A stretch of 64,000 bases of DNA from Klebsormidium nitens (GCA_000708835.1 DF237151.1:1-64000); one strand, 5' to 3'; shown: positions 10,022-24,586, counted from the stretch's first letter. The notes: a model not told the origin generated them from the letters alone. A program made the numbers and translations.

Positions 10022-13000
10022 AGTTGCAGAGGCGCGTATTAACGTGGCGAGTTGCAAAGGTAGTCAGGAAACGAGTTGTACTACTGGTGGTTTCTGTTTA
10101 TTGCTGGTGCTCTACGATTCAATGCTAGGCATCCTCCATTCAAGTTGCGGGCGCAAGTGTCGGTTAGAAGATATTGGGAATTACAAACCCGTGTGACGTC
10201 AAACATGACTTAGCTATTACGTTGAAAACCTTGTGGTAATTTGTGAGAAGTTGGAAGTAAAATATGCCGCATAGCGTTCTGAGTACGGTCGGGATTATTG
10301 CCTGACAAAGACAGGATTGCAGTGCAATTGCTGCAGTGGTCGAGGTACTGATTGGTTTCAGTGGTACCAGTCAAGATGTAAACTTACGCAAGTGGGTCAA
10401 TTGAGTTGAGCCGGCACTCGTGCAGCGGCTGCCGACCCGTCAACCAGTACGTTGGTCCAAGAACAGCAATTGCCTTGCGTGTTCGTAAATGAGTTCTTTC
10501 CGATCAACTTAGTTCTGATATGACTGAGGAGCTATACTGCTAATGATGCGAGCGTCTCGTGCTCTTCAAAGAACTGCCATCAGTCCGGTCGCGATGTCTC
10601 TTCGACTCGAACTTAGCTAGGACTGTCGCGTGCACGCAATGGCATGGGATCAAACGGTCTTGTCTCGGTTGGAATCCCGTCGGTATTCCATGAAAGTTGT
10701 CTGACCGCGGACCGCGATACTATATACTAGACCGGACTTCAGCGTACGGCCAAGTCAGAAGCCTGCACGCTAATTCGATCGTAACTATAGTCCAATGAGC
10801 GCGGGCGGCCCAATCACTTGAGATGCCGGGTGACAGCGCCGATGCGCACGGCGGATCGTAGAATCCCAACTTTCCACAGCTGTTATATGCATGCACATTT
10901 TAGGAATTGAGAAGATCCTTTACAGCCGAACTTAGTCACGTGCATCGGACATGACGCGGTGTGTATGGGGAGATCCGCCTAGCTCACTTGATTGAATGCT
11001 TCCGGCCGACTTCTTCACATAATGATTCAGAGTATGGTCAAGACTCCCGCCCAGCCGGATCTTCGGTTGCAGCGTGTCTCAATTTTTGGAAGATTGATCA
11101 GAAAACCACTGCCTTGTTGCTTTGAAGTGGCTCAGTGACTGTCAGCTTGAAATGCTGGCATGCAAACTTAGAAAGAAGGGGATATGCAAAGCGGCCAAGC
11201 GCCAGGCAAGCCGCAACTCTGCAAATCCAATGCGGAAGCCCGGACATGCATGTTGCCAACTTGCAGCTTATTGAGTGCTCACTGCTCAGCCAGAAGCCTG
11301 ATGCCGGGACATTTCATTGGATTGAAGCCCTGCATATTAAATGACACAGATGGAGTTTCGGACGTGGGCTTGAAGCTTCCGTTTGGTTTACAGTAGCTAG
11401 GTTACTGCCTGCGGTCACTGCACTGACTCGACGAGCCCAAGGACCGCGTGGGTTAGCAACGCGGGTTACCACTGACTTACTGCCCACCTACTCAATTTCG
11501 CGACGGTGAACTACCTATACCGCAATTTTAAAGTTCAGTTTGTGCCGTGGCGCCGTCCGATCGGCGCCACACGGCCTTCGAACCGTCCGATCGATGAGTT
11601 TGACGTCGACGCAAATTTGACACGCCGACCCACAAGCTCCCCCGTTCCCCGGCCGCTTTATAAGCGGTCGCTCCGCACCAAGGCTGGCATCTTTGCGCTT
11701 GGGGCAATGACGCAGTCAGTGAGGGTTTACCGAGACGCGTCTATTGCTGGTTGAAAACTATATTCCAAACCCCCTTATCCATGACCCTCGGGTCGGGATA
11801 AGAATTTCTGAAAGGCTGACCTGGAAAGGACTCGGCCTACATACACCCCCTCATTACAAAACACCCTCTCACACAAATTGCTTTCCACAACGCACCTTCC
11901 ACAAACCCCTGCATACTACCAACCAATGCATACACTGGCCCGCCCACCATACATTCCACCTCAATCTTAGCCCAGCCAACCTACACCCAGACACTCATCG
12001 CTTCATCACATGATCATATAATATTGACTTCCACCCTAACCAGATTACTTCGATAAACACACTCGTTGCTTCATCAAACGAAGAATTCTCAAAGTATCGA
12101 CTTCTCCAAGCGTCAGCTTCGACGAAATTAAGCAGATCTTGTTCCCAGCCCAAGCAAGCTCACATTTCCAATTCACATGGAAGCTTAGTCACCAGTTGGA
12201 GCTCAAACGACTCCAGGGTTTGCAGCCTGCGTCTACATTCCAACCATCAAAAGTCCTTTCGTATAGGACATGTCAAAGACATGCGTGTTGCATCATTTCA
12301 GGCTGGCGCCATCCATCTCCCGCAGGCTATTGTCGTCCTTCAAAACCGCCACTTATTCGGGTAGGTTGTTTTGTCTAGGAGTTGCATCAATGAACTTATT
12401 TGCCTGCTTTTAGCATGATTTGACGCGGTCAGAGTAAGCTTCAGGGTAGGCCGTGCTATGTACGTTGATATCGGCTGTGGCAAATGAAATCTTAGGAGAT
12501 TATCTAGGAAGAACTTGCTTGCAGTCGTGTACTGCACAACCAATAAACGGACTTGCTTACGTACCCTCGAGTCTCCTGGACGCTTTTCGACAATATTAAG
12601 CCGATGAAAACCAAAGTTTCTGCGTCTACGTCTTAGGATCCTCCACACCTCCAGGGTTTGTACAGATTATGATGGCTGCAATCGCCTGACGGACCACACA
12701 AAACCTTGACATTCAAAATACGAGGCGGAATCCCTGACTTATCCATATTGAAAGTCTCTGCCGAAAGTCCTGATTACAATCTTAGCATACTTTCAACAAC
12801 CCCAACAACCGCCGATCAGATCTCCTCTTCTTCTACTCCCACGAGACCTCACTCTTTCCGCCGAAGCGCTTGTTTTCTTACTAGCACACACTCCCCATTG
12901 TTTCTTCTTCGTTGCTTCGTCCCGCAGCTATACAACCGTCCTTGACACATCTTTTTCCACGTACTTTCCTTCTGCTTGCTGCTCTTTTCGGCTCGTGCAG

Positions 13001-13337
13001 TCAATCATTGTCTCTTACCACTGCTCTCCGCTCACTTTGCTCGCTCCTTTCAATTTCTCCTCACTTCCTCGCAATCTCATGACGCGCCCAGATGGTCCCG
13101 CCGCCCTCACACCCTCTCACTTGTCACCCTTGCTAACACTTTTCAGCTCCGACCGCTTGTCCTCTCTCTTCACTCCCTCTTTCGGCCCGTCCGCAGCTTC
13201 TCAATACCTCCAAAACTCTTCTCATTCTCCGACGAGGCTCACCATGCTAGTAGGTCAGTGGTCGAATTCCGGGCTTGTTTTGACCCCAAATATATATTCC
13301 CTAATTTGAATTCTTTGCGTCACCAGCTTATGAGCGT

Positions 13338-16300
13338 TCACTTTCTCAGAGTTTCCAGAACTCCGACCGCCGCTCCGAACGCCTGGAGTGCGCTCAGCCG
13401 GGGGTGGTGCTCCAGCACGAAATCGTCCCCCCCGGCATGCATCATCACCAGACACGTCCTGCTGACGTCATCCTGCGCGCGGAATGGTGAGCCAAGAGTC
13501 TCCAACCAGTTGCACGAAGAGCTACGCAGACTATTCTACGCGTCGGAAACGGGTTGTTGGCAGGAATGGTCTGCTGACGTCGTTATGCGTAGAAGGCGGC
13601 GACGCCACGTCAGCAGAGGTACCTCCGTTGCGCGGGCAAGCACAGATGGCACTATTCGTTCTGTCGGCCGTTGACGTTAGCCGGCTCCTCCTGGCTCAGT
13701 TTGCTGCCGTCACACGCCGCTCTGACACAGTTTTCGAATCTCAATCTGATCAAATCCTGAAACCTTGTCTGGTCGAAGAACAGACTCTAATCATCGCAGT
13801 GTGAATCCGCACCTGGCCGCTTATTCTCAGCGCCCCGGACCCATCGGCGCCCGCCAGCTCGTCGTTCTCGCGCCCCTTGGGCTTCCTTCCTTCGCAGACG
13901 TCCACGTGGCACTTTTCGTCCCAGCCTCCACAGTCGCAGGCGGCCTCGGGTGAGCGCCACTTGGCGAGCAGCGGCGTCGAGCACTGCGCGGAGAAACCAG
14001 TTTTTGGGTACCTCCGCAAAATTCAGGGAACAGATTTGTCATAGCTTTTGTTGTGTTGGGCAGTAAGACTTGCACGCATCTCGACCTTATTTTGGGCCCT
14101 TCTGGAAAACGTTTAATTTGGTCGCATGTGCGGTGAGGCCGCAGCGTCACGTCATTACGTCTTTACTTTATAAAATAGAACATTCAGCGCTTTTCCGTTC
14201 CGTTTCTCTTTCACGAAATGATAAGAGAGTCTATCGGTGCTTCTGAGCGCCACAACAGATCGAAATCCTTCTCAAACCCTCGACAATGTCGAATGATCGT
14301 ACTGGTTTGGACCCGATTAAGAATGGATTGAAAGCTGCCGAAAGCTTCTGATAGACAAATCTTGGTCTTGAGGTAGAATTTGTGTCCAACTTCGAAAGTT
14401 GGAAGAAAAGTTCAAAGAAAAGAAGCTCGACGAAACGTACAAGTATTTTCCATCTTCTATGTTTTGAAAACATCAAACTCTATTCGCGGCTAGCCGCTAC
14501 CCGCGTGACATCAATTACCGTCCGCGTGACGTCACTCGGAAGCACCACGACCAGCCGCCCGCCCTCGTCGGACAGCGCCATGGTCTCCGTTCGGGCGTCC
14601 GAAGCAGACGCCTCCGCGCCTTTCCAGCCCGCTTCCGATCCCATTTTTCGGTTCGACATGCGCGCCGCTTGGTATCGGATTCCGCCCAGTTGGAACAGGA
14701 CGAACTGTGCTCCGCCGGAAGAGGCCGCCAGTTCGGCAATGGGCTGCTGTTTGCCCCTGAAGAAAGAAAAGAATGTTTGAACCGTATCCTCTCAGCGCGG
14801 CCTTGTTTATGAGACCATCGAAGCAACTCCTTCGCGGAAAGTTTACGTAATCAGGAAAAAGATTGAGTGACGGCAAGGCTGCCGGGGATCTCATTTGGAA
14901 CGCAAACACGAGCTCGATTATCAAGAAGCCATCAAGTCAAATGACAGCGGCCGGCGGAGCGAGGATTGCTTAGGTAAGCCGTCCGTATCTTGTGGATCAC
15001 GGCAGTCCTGTTCTTTTGGTGCCTGGAGACGCAATTTTCGGCCCGATAATAAGAGGAATCTGCTTTTCTACGGGCCGCGCGAAGGGTCAGTTTCAGTTCT
15101 AGTGACGCCTGAGCAACTTCTGTCCTGTAAGGTTCAACTGTGGACAGTTTTAAGCTTTTGAATCATTGAAATGCGTGTCGAACTCGAAGAGGCTTCGTTT
15201 GGGCTTTAACACGCTCCCAAAAGGTGTGATCAATCAAGCGGTTGACTCACTTCGCGGCTGCTCGCCAGACGCGCTTGTTCCGCCCCGCGAAGATCCGGAA
15301 GCTCCGCTGCTCCGTTCCGCCCGCCGGAAACGCCTTCAGCACGCCCGGCCCCGCCGGATCCTCCGCCAGGCTGTATGCCGGAGGCCCTGTTTCTCCATCC
15401 GTTACTTCCCGCAGCCGCTTGATATAGCACCGCCTCAGCGCCACAGGGCCCCCGGCTTTCCCCGCGGCACTGTTCCGGCCTTCCGGGGGGGGCAGTCTCA
15501 AGCTGGTTTTCACCCCTGCGCGACTCCAAATTGCTGCGGAGAGACTGCGGCTGTGGCTCAGCTTCCGTCGCGGTTTCTCCCCTCGAAGGGATCCCTCAGT
15601 CAGGCTCCTCGGCAGCTTTCCTGCGGTCTCCGAGACCCCAAGACTCTGCGATAACCCTGCCCGGTTATTGCCACCGGTCAATCCCCCAAACCGCTTTTTC
15701 CGCCATAACCCGACCGAGAGGGCCCTGCGCAGCAGCACCTTGCCGGGCGTCCCGTCCTCTGACCGCTCCCCCGGCTTCAACCGCGTCGGAAACAGGGCCT
15801 CCAAGGTTGGCGTCCGAATTGGGTTTGCGATCGTCAAGATTTGGGTTTGCGTAACCGGAAGCAGGGCTGCTTCGCTCGGCTTGCTCGCGCGCACTACGAG
15901 CGCGCGGGACTCCGGAAGCTTGAAGGGTTTGAAGGTGGGCGCTTCCTGGGGCGGTTCCGAGTTTGTGAGGGTTAAGCTCTGGGTTTGCCTAACCGTCTTC
16001 GCAGCCACATCCCAGCTCTTGCGGAGCGCCCAGATTCCCCTCATCTCTGGTGGCGGTCGGTTTCCGGACCAGAGCCCTGTCGTTAACCCGGTCGGTAACC
16101 CGGGTTGCCCTCCGGCCGTCAAGGCGTGTCTCCGCTCGACCGGTGATTCCGTTGTTTCTGTCGATTCCGTTGTTTCCGTCTCCCAGGCGCTTGGACTAGG
16201 ACTCACCGGGGGCTTAACCGGGATGCTCAGCGTTCGATTAAGCGGAGGTTTGCCTAACGGAGACCTGACCGGGGTGTCGATGGCGGGTGATCTGAACGAA

Positions 16301-19270
16301 GATCCGGAACCGGACTTGTCGTTCGGAGAGTTAGCCAAGGCTTGTAGCGGGGGTTGACTTGATGCGCTAACCGGGGACTTAACCGGGGAAGTAACCGGGG
16401 GCGTCGCCAAGAGCTCGAACAGAGGGTTTATCGCAGTCTTCACCGCCCGGTTAACGTCCGTTTGCGCGTCCAAAGAAGTCCGAAGCGTCCCACTAACCAT
16501 GTCCTTAACCATCGGTTCTGGACTGGGTTCGAGTCCCCTGTTTGTTTCTCCGGCCAGAACCGGCCGCGACGCCCCGAACGCGCTCGCCCAAACCCTGAAA
16601 CCCTGGCTGTCGCGGACCCGGAACGTTCCGTTGCGTAGATCGACGGAACTCTGCCCGACGTTCCAAGTCGCCGGGCGAAATTCCATCCCTCGTTCCGTTT
16701 CCTCGTCCCTTTCATCTTCCGTCCGTGTCTCCGTTTGCCGTTCCGTTCGCTTCTTGAGCGCCCCCACCATCCTGGCCGGAACGAAGGAAAAGGCAGGGCT
16801 TGCGGGGGCTAAAGCGGGCGGAACGCTGGCACCGGACGGAACGGACGGAACAGACTTGAGCTCGAGAACGGATGAAACGCTCGGAACGGACACAGTTTTC
16901 GTAGTTCGCAAGGGAGGATCGAACGGAATGTCCTCGAAAACGAACGGACCGGAACCAGGTACATGGCCGGAGTTGGATGAGATTTCCGGACTGGTCCGTA
17001 CGGGCGGAATGGACGGAACGGACGGACCGCCGGAAATGGACGGACCACCGAGACGGGTGCCAAGTGGAGGAGAGGCGCTCAAGCATCCCTGCACAAAAAG
17101 TAAATGCATCGGAGATATACGAGGGCACCTGCTAGAATATGAAACAAAGTCCTGTCCTGTCCTGTCCTTTGACATTCTGCCGAGAAGGGATAGATTTAGT
17201 TCTGGCTTGACAGAGGGCTAGGAAATTGATCTTTGTCAAGTTCGAATCTAGGGTTTGTTCTTCTCTGGCAGTCATAGGATTTTGAAACTGGTGTAGGACG
17301 CAAATTCGAAATCTGGTATAGGCCGATACCTTAGTCTTGTGAGCAAGGAAGTCTAATCTGCGGTTAATTTCTTGTCAAGCTGAAGTTCCATCAAAGGCAG
17401 CAAAGAAAAGCTGATGGCGGAATGGGCAGACCACAAAACGGGCCAAATCACAGAATGGGCGGGGCACAAACCTGCGCGAGGACTCGGTTGCGGAAGACGT
17501 CAACATCGGGTTCCGGTTCCGCTGTCCGTTGTTCCGCTGCGTCGGGCACGTCGGGGAGCGCCACACGGAGCTTTGGTCCGGCACTCTCCGTGTTTCCCGG
17601 TAGTGTTCTCACCTCTCTTGGCACATCCACGAGACGCATGCGTTCGAAGCTGTCCGTTTCCGTTTCTTTCCCATCGCTTCCGTTCCGTGGGCTCTTGCTT
17701 TCAACTGCTTGCGTCCTCCTTGTGACAGCCGTTATTGCCTTCGCTCCGTTTCCGTTACATTCCGTGTCCGAACTAGAACCCTTCCGGACATCTTCCCGGT
17801 GAGTGAACGTGTCGCCCTCAGTGCTAGAGTCGTCGCCCTCGAGCACCCAGTTCTCTCCATTTTCCGTTCCGTTCTCATCGTCCCGCCGTCCGCCGTTGCC
17901 ATAAGCACTTTCCTGCGCGCCAGAGACCCTTGTTTAGGTTCTTCGCAGGGAACAAGACCTCAAGTTCTCCATCGACTTGCTTGAAGCTCTTCCAGATCCG
18001 GAGTATTGAAAAGATCGTCAGACCTGTCTACGGTGGGCACGTCGGAAAGCTTTGCGTAAAAAAAGTGACGAGGGATCCGGCTAAGGATAAATCCCAAAGA
18101 CAGGGTTTATAATATTTGCAGCATAGAGTATGGTTCGCTCCTCAGAAATGAACTCAAAGTGATTCTCGACAATTGAACCAAGTCCTTTTCTGTTGCAGCA
18201 GTGCTAGCCCTTCCTTCTTAACCTGTCAACCCGGGGTGATCTCTCACATGGTCTCTTTCTGGCGTCCTATAAACCCTGGTGAAAACGATTGAGCGCTCCG
18301 TCCTCACCTCTGCATTCCGCTGACGCATTCCGTTCCCGCTCGCTGGTCCGTAAGCCCCTTCCTGCACTGCGTCCGGCACCACTGCTTCCGCCTCCCTCGA
18401 TCCGACCACCAGATCCATTCCGCACACTTTTTCTTCCAGCGGATTGAACGCCTCCTTCTTACTGTCAGACTCCCCTCCACCCTTTGCCTGGCTCGTTTGC
18501 TTCGCCCCTGAGACTGACCTACTTCTGGGTCCGTTCTCCTTACTTGGAGTGTCAGAACCAAGCTCATTCCGCTGCGGTTCCGGTCCCGCTAGCCCGCCCT
18601 CCTCTTCCGCCGGAAGCAGCGCCTCCGCCTCCTGCCCTTGCGCGCGCAGCCACCGCGGCCGCTTCGCGCTGTCGAAGCCTCTCCAGGACGGAACGGAAAC
18701 GGAACTCGAGCTGTCAACCCGAACGTCTGCGCCAAGGATGACGTCAGCGGGATCCCTTTGAATTGCTTCCAGGCCATTGTTTGCCGAAGGCCATTTCTCG
18801 AGGACAAACTTGTCCCTCAGGGCTCTGCTGGGCTCTCTTGAGAGCGGCGCGATGCCCCCTGCTGACGTCACGCTCGTCCCGGCTGACGTCTCGCCCCTGT
18901 CATTTGACGTCAAGCTACCCCCTGCTGACGTCACAAATGTTTCTTTGGGTACTTCATTGAGCCCCTGGTCTGGCTTGTCCGCGTCAAAAAAGGCCATCTT
19001 CTCGCCTATTTCGGCCAGTTCCGGGGCCGAACTTTGACGCAAGCCCCCACTTTCCGCCCTTCCTCTTCCGTTGGACGTGGAGCGGTTCGTTCCGTTGGAG
19101 CCATTCCGGCGATCCCACGCCACGGACTGCGACCGTGACACGGTGATCCTTTCTGTCATGACGGCCCTAATTAGAGCGGTTTTGATCGGGGGAAGATCGC
19201 TAAAGCGGTCACTCCCTCTGCGGGTAAGGAAACCAAAGGGCTCTCGTCTTTCGGTAACTACTTCCCCCAT
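13338..19270 (-). CDS. DUF3527-family protein with a very long low-complexity N-terminal region
   Basis: Exons (minus) about 19270-18308, 17912-17472, 17088-15251, 14756-14519, 13983-13813, 13472-13338, phase-consistent. The C-terminus has the DUF3527 motifs VVVLPSDVTRT-CSTPLLAKWRSPEAACDCGGWDEKCHVDV and FVLEHHPRLSALQAFGAAVGVL. The start codon and 5' exons are uncertain. Confidence 0.75.
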
Positions 19271-20102
19271 GCTAAAATATTATCGTGCGCAGGAGCCCTC
19301 TAGTTTCAATGTTTAAGACTTGTTTCCCTTGCCCTTTCATAAGCTGTTTCTGACAGCTCTCAGAAGCTTTGAGCAACACTCCGGTTGGCGCTCATTGTTG
19401 CCTCGCCGCTTTCGCTGCATCAGTCGCCCCTGTTTCTGCAATCACTCTCCTCATCCACTTTGCCGCCCACATGCTTCTGCCAATCTTGAAAGAATCCCTA
19501 GTTTCCGTTCCTGTGAAGAAGAAGCTTCACAATCTTCTAGCTTCCTTAGCGGCCTTTGGAGAAGATCCTCTTCGCCACCAGGTTCAAGAAGAGGCGACTC
19601 CTGTGACTGGCAGCTAAAACAGAACCAACCCTTCTAAGCGTACCAGGAATTCACTCCCTCTTCTTTTCAGGACTCTCTGCCAGTCTGATGTAGCTTTCTC
19701 GTCTGCAACTGTTTCTTGAAGAGGGTGAAAGAAACAGGCCCTGACGCGATTCTACGACAATGTCGGGTAAGTCGATGCTGAGAGGAGCTTAGTTGCGCCT
19801 TAGAGTCTCGAAGTTGACACCCTTTCCCCGCAGGTTTCTCGGAATCCACGACTTTGGCTCCTTCAAGATGGCGCGTTTCCTGAAAGCAAACGAAGAAACA
19901 AGACGGCAGTCATCTCCCCCCCTCGGAACGCTCCAACTTGTCAGTTTCAACGCCGCGTGAACACCTATGCCGCTGATGAAGACTTGCCCTTGTAAGCTCA
20001 TTGGAAGCTGGTCATTCGTGATAATTCTCAAGAAAGATAATAATAAGCCAAGATAACAATAAGCTCCGACTGACACTAAAAACCCTAACCCAAAAAGATA
20101 CC

Positions 20103-20150
20103 TGCTCCGCACCCGTACCCACCCTAACCACCAAACTAACCCTACCCGTC
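20103..20150 (+). repeat. Short dispersed repeat, copy 2
   Basis: Similar to 9115-9170, same orientation. Confidence 0.55.
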
Positions 20151-22517
20151 CCAGTGCGGTTACCTTATTATTATCTCGGCTTACTATTATTTTTCTTGAG
20201 TTTCATTCTTTCGTGCGTCCAGTCTCCGTTCACGTTCCCCAATCTTGTCTGCGATTCTTAGTAGCGTACTAGGAGAAGGCCTCTAAAATTCGGCGGGCCG
20301 GAACATGTTTAAAAGAACTCTTACAGAAAGATTTTTGCCCTAGGTTCAGTTCAGCAACCTCTATGTTAAAGCGACAAGAGGACTGCTCAATCCTGGTTCG
20401 GACGTCACATCAAAGGTCACATCCAGTATGAATGCAATTGCGGTTCGGGTCCCTGTGCGGTAAGCCGTGACACAGAGTGAGTTTTCTAAATAATCAGCCG
20501 ACGACCCAACGCCACGCGGTCACGTCAAACTTTTGTCAGATGAGTCTGTTAGTGACGTCAGCTAGAGTCAGGAAGCGCGCAAGCTTCGTTATGAAACGAT
20601 GGTAGTCAGCGACGAGAAAGCCTGGCCCCGCAGAGTGAGAATCGTGGGAAGCGTCAAGCGTGCGCGAGCGCACTGGGACGCGGGGGGTCTCCTGGCAGTC
20701 GAACAGACTCACTCAGCCTGGGGGGCTGGAACTGACTGCGTGTTGAGAGTATTGCAATTCAACGGCGCTGCAGGGCCGGCAACCGTGCGGGTCACGTGGC
20801 GTGCACCGATAGAAGGAATGGCTTTAAGACATAGCTAGATTAGTATAATACAGAATCCGCGCTGATGGCATGGTTTTGCTTGCATATGATTTGTATCCCG
20901 CATGATTCACATGCCACTTGCAGGACCGTCCCGCGTAATGGTAGTGCCAACATGTCAAGGAGTCAGTATGAGCCTGCCAGCTGGCTGCGCGGCGCTGCGC
21001 CGAATTTATGCGCGGCCGCTCCACCGGGCCGCTGTGGGCCCCATGGATGTTCAGTCAATAAGGATCCGTAACATGATCGGATGGCATGGGTAAGCTGGAC
21101 TCCCGAGGCTCGGCCGGGAGCCGCGGTTCTGGCAACGTGGCCAACCTACCACATGGTCCGATCGCTCTCTGATACTCTGTGGTATTACCTCAGTGGCATG
21201 CGCCGCGGCCTGTGAGACTCAGAGGCAGATTTACATGCTACGATCCATTAGATCGATTACGTTATCTAGATGTATACTAAATCAGCAATTGCATGTATTG
21301 AAATTGCATGCAGACCCATTTTAAATCTACGACGACCAATGATGATCGCAAAGACACAACACAACCGTAATAATCCATGACGGGCTCGAGGCCTTGCCAA
21401 GTAAGACACCCATGTCCGCCTGCGCGCATCTCTTGCACTCACGCGACTGAGCTGGGAGAGTACAAAGTCCTAGAGGATCTTGAACCGACTCGGCGACTAG
21501 TAGTATAATTTCTGGATATGTTTATAGACGCTCACGCCTACATAAATGGATGACTTTCTTCCCCCAAGTCAAGCTTTGAAAGCCCTACAGACATCTACCA
21601 TGTGGATAGTATTGGTGGCCTTTTTGTGGTCTTTTGCAGGTGCAGTACGTCCTCCGCTGAGAGGTCCCCGCCCTACAGGACAATCGAAAGCGAATGTCAG
21701 ATCTCGTTTCGATGGCTCGATGCTGTTGCCAATAGTCCCGAGTCATCAATGTCACAAAATCCAAAAGACGAAAAGGCAAGAATGAAACTTAGCGACTCAA
21801 CGAGGCTCGGATCGAGGCAACTGCCCACAGCAAGAAGCGCCCGAGAGCAAGGACTTTCGCAGGGCGGTAAACATGTAAACCAACAAGCTTTCCCGTATTC
21901 AGAGGATCAATCTTCGTTGTCAAGGTTACCCCGGTTTTAACGGTTCCTCCTACTTAATACGGGAGTGCTGGCAAGTCATTCCTGTGGTAGGCTCAACACA
22001 AATCTGACGATCTCTGGTACAAAGGACAGTTGCTTCAACAACAAGAAATGTAGAATCGTCTCGATGATAGATTTGGAAAGATCGGTTCCTGTTCATCGGT
22101 CATTGACCAACCGTGTCACTGCTCCAAGTCTTTCCGAACCTTTAGGTTCGAAGAGCTGAGCATTGTCCCAGGAACCCAAAGCTCATTCAAAAACAACAGC
22201 AAGGCATATCAAGGAAATGACCAGCCGTTCAACGGCAGTCCACCGGTCCGGCCCTGAGAAGAATACCCAAAAAGTAGAAAGAAACTTTCCAGGGACCCGT
22301 AAGCCCAGTCGAAAGAGTCTGACAAAGCGTGCCAAGGAAAAGCACAAGAACGGCGTATGTCAGAATGATTGTCCATGACCAGAAAGATCAGAAACTGTTG
22401 GCGGCTGAAAGAATTGGATTGACAATTGCCTATGGATAAAACAATTCGTCGAGATATGGTGCATTCAACCAGCTCTTACTTCGCTCCTCAGTCGATGAGA
22501 AAACAGCCTTCAATCGG

Positions 22518-24586
22518 TCAATCTATTACCAGATCTGTGCGAGCAGCCTGTCCTCAAGCCATTGTCCTCATTACCGTGCCCAGTTGCTGGAAGATGGGAC
22601 ACAAACGAGCTATAAGGAAGACTCTTGCGGCAACCATTGTAGCGCCATGGATAAGAGCGGAGATGTGTGTGGGATTGCGTGTACTCACTTGCAGATATTC
22701 CTCGACGGATTCCGGGTGGCGGACATGCCGGTAGGAAAACCAGCCATGTAAGGAGGCTGCGTCGAGCGCTTCCCTGCGCTCCTTCCTGGTGATAACCGCC
22801 GTCATCTCCACTTGGGGGTCCGTCTGCCCCGTAAGAATCGCGTCAAAAAGCTTCGTCCAGTCCGCTTCCGACTTCCTCAAGAACTGGTTCAATGCATACA
22901 GTTCGAGCGGCACCCACGGGGGCCGGGAGTTGTGATCCTTCGCACGGTCATAGTAGCCGCGCTCCTCCAAAGGCGTCAGAATGCTTGTCAACCGCCCCGC
23001 AACTTGGACGAGTCTCGTCAAGTCCAAGTCTTGAAGGAACTCCGCCCCTTCTTGCAAGGTGCCAACCTTGTCGGGCTTCGGAAGGTGCTTGCACATGAAT
23101 TTGGCAGCTCCCGATTGCCCAATCTCGGTCCCCTTCTGTGAGCCTTGCCTGGTCGCAAATCCTAAAGCTTCCGCAGGCTCTTGGCCTGTGACTCCGAGCA
23201 GCAAATGCCCCTCCGCACAAACGCACCCCTCAACGCACGCGCCTTCACAGAAGACATCCAGTTTGAAAAGGGGTTTCGCGCAGTAAGGACAGACTGAGTC
23301 TACCAGTGGCACCACAGTCTTTCCGCTGCCTTGAGAAGGGGGCCCCACGTCCATGGCTTTTGCGATCTCAGACTCTGCGAAGTCTTTCACAATGCCCCTA
23401 GCCCCAAAGCACTTGGCAGGGATCCCTCTTCCCGTCGGCTCAATATCCCTGTCATCTGACAAGCTATGGTAGCACAGCTCCGAGACCAGGAACTCGTCCT
23501 TTGCAAAGGCAGCCTGCAGCTGCAGGCTGGCGACCGCTTCTTCCCCAGTGAGCCAACGAAACTCGGCGCTTCTCCTCTGCACATGCCCCAGGTACTCCCA
23601 CCAGCCGTGGCCGTTCCACTCTATGTCGTCCATGACAACAGCGTGCTTAAGGGTGGGGTAGAGGCCGGGGCAGTACGTTAGGAGTTTGAACAGGCCAAGC
23701 CAACCGCTGGGGGGAGTATTCACACCGTTGTACCCAAGGTCCTCACAGAGGCTGCTGGCCAGTTGCAGGCACCTGCAGGGGAAGCGATCAGAAGCTTATC
23801 AACATTATATCACATTGCAGGTAAAATGCCCAAATTTGGAAAGCCAAAGTCATAATGGGGTGACTTGGTGTCATCGAAGATGTCAAATACGGTCAAGCAT
23901 AAGAAACCTGAGCCTATTGAAGAGCAGAAAAGCAGCTAGCAAGAGACTATGCGAGAATTCGTCAGGAAGCCTGTGCAAGGCTGGAGTTCACTGGTAAGTC
24001 AAGTGGTTCAGCAATGTGTGGAGCTCTGTCCATGGCAAGATATTCCAAACCCATGGGGGCAGTTTCAAGTGCTGAGAAACTGCTGTTTGAAGGAGGCTAT
24101 AGGCTGCTCACAATGACTTCCTTGTAGATTGAGCTTCATACTAAAATAAGGACCTGGTGCAAATCTGAGACCTATTTATTCAGAGTAATGTCAGTCAGAC
24201 AACAGCCCGTACCTCCGCTATCATTTCTTATCTAATCTATCAACAATGAAATAAACGAGGATACTTTCCAAAACGCACATGAGTGCACTTTATAAAACGC
24301 TGCAGGGTATTAGAAGGTGAAGACAGCTGGTTCATTGAGTTGGCCTATCAGCCATACCTATGACCAGAAGAAGGACAAAGGTCTCCAAACAAGTTATGCT
24401 GCAGAACGCAGGAACTTACTTATCCCTCCAAAAGCTGTTCTCTGCATAGGCGCGCAACTGAGTGCACACCGCAGCAAGAGGCGCTACATCCCTGGGGCGT
24501 CCACCGATAAGGTTGAAGATCCGTTCCAAACAATCGGGATCCAAGTCAAGAATGGAGGCAGGAGCAGTGGCTTTCTTCAGCGCCAT
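22518..24586 (-). CDS. EID1-like (EDL) F-box protein
   Basis: Exon 1, 24586-24420, encodes an F-box ([44 protein letters not shown]). Exon 2, 23772-22689, has EID1-family motifs [42 protein letters not shown] and CVCAEGH. A short terminal exon 22547-22518 is tentative. Confidence 0.75.

Noticed and set aside
15668-17221. Plus-strand ORFs of 229 and 240 aa
   Set aside because: Antisense to the GC-rich DUF3527 exon, where stops are scarce.
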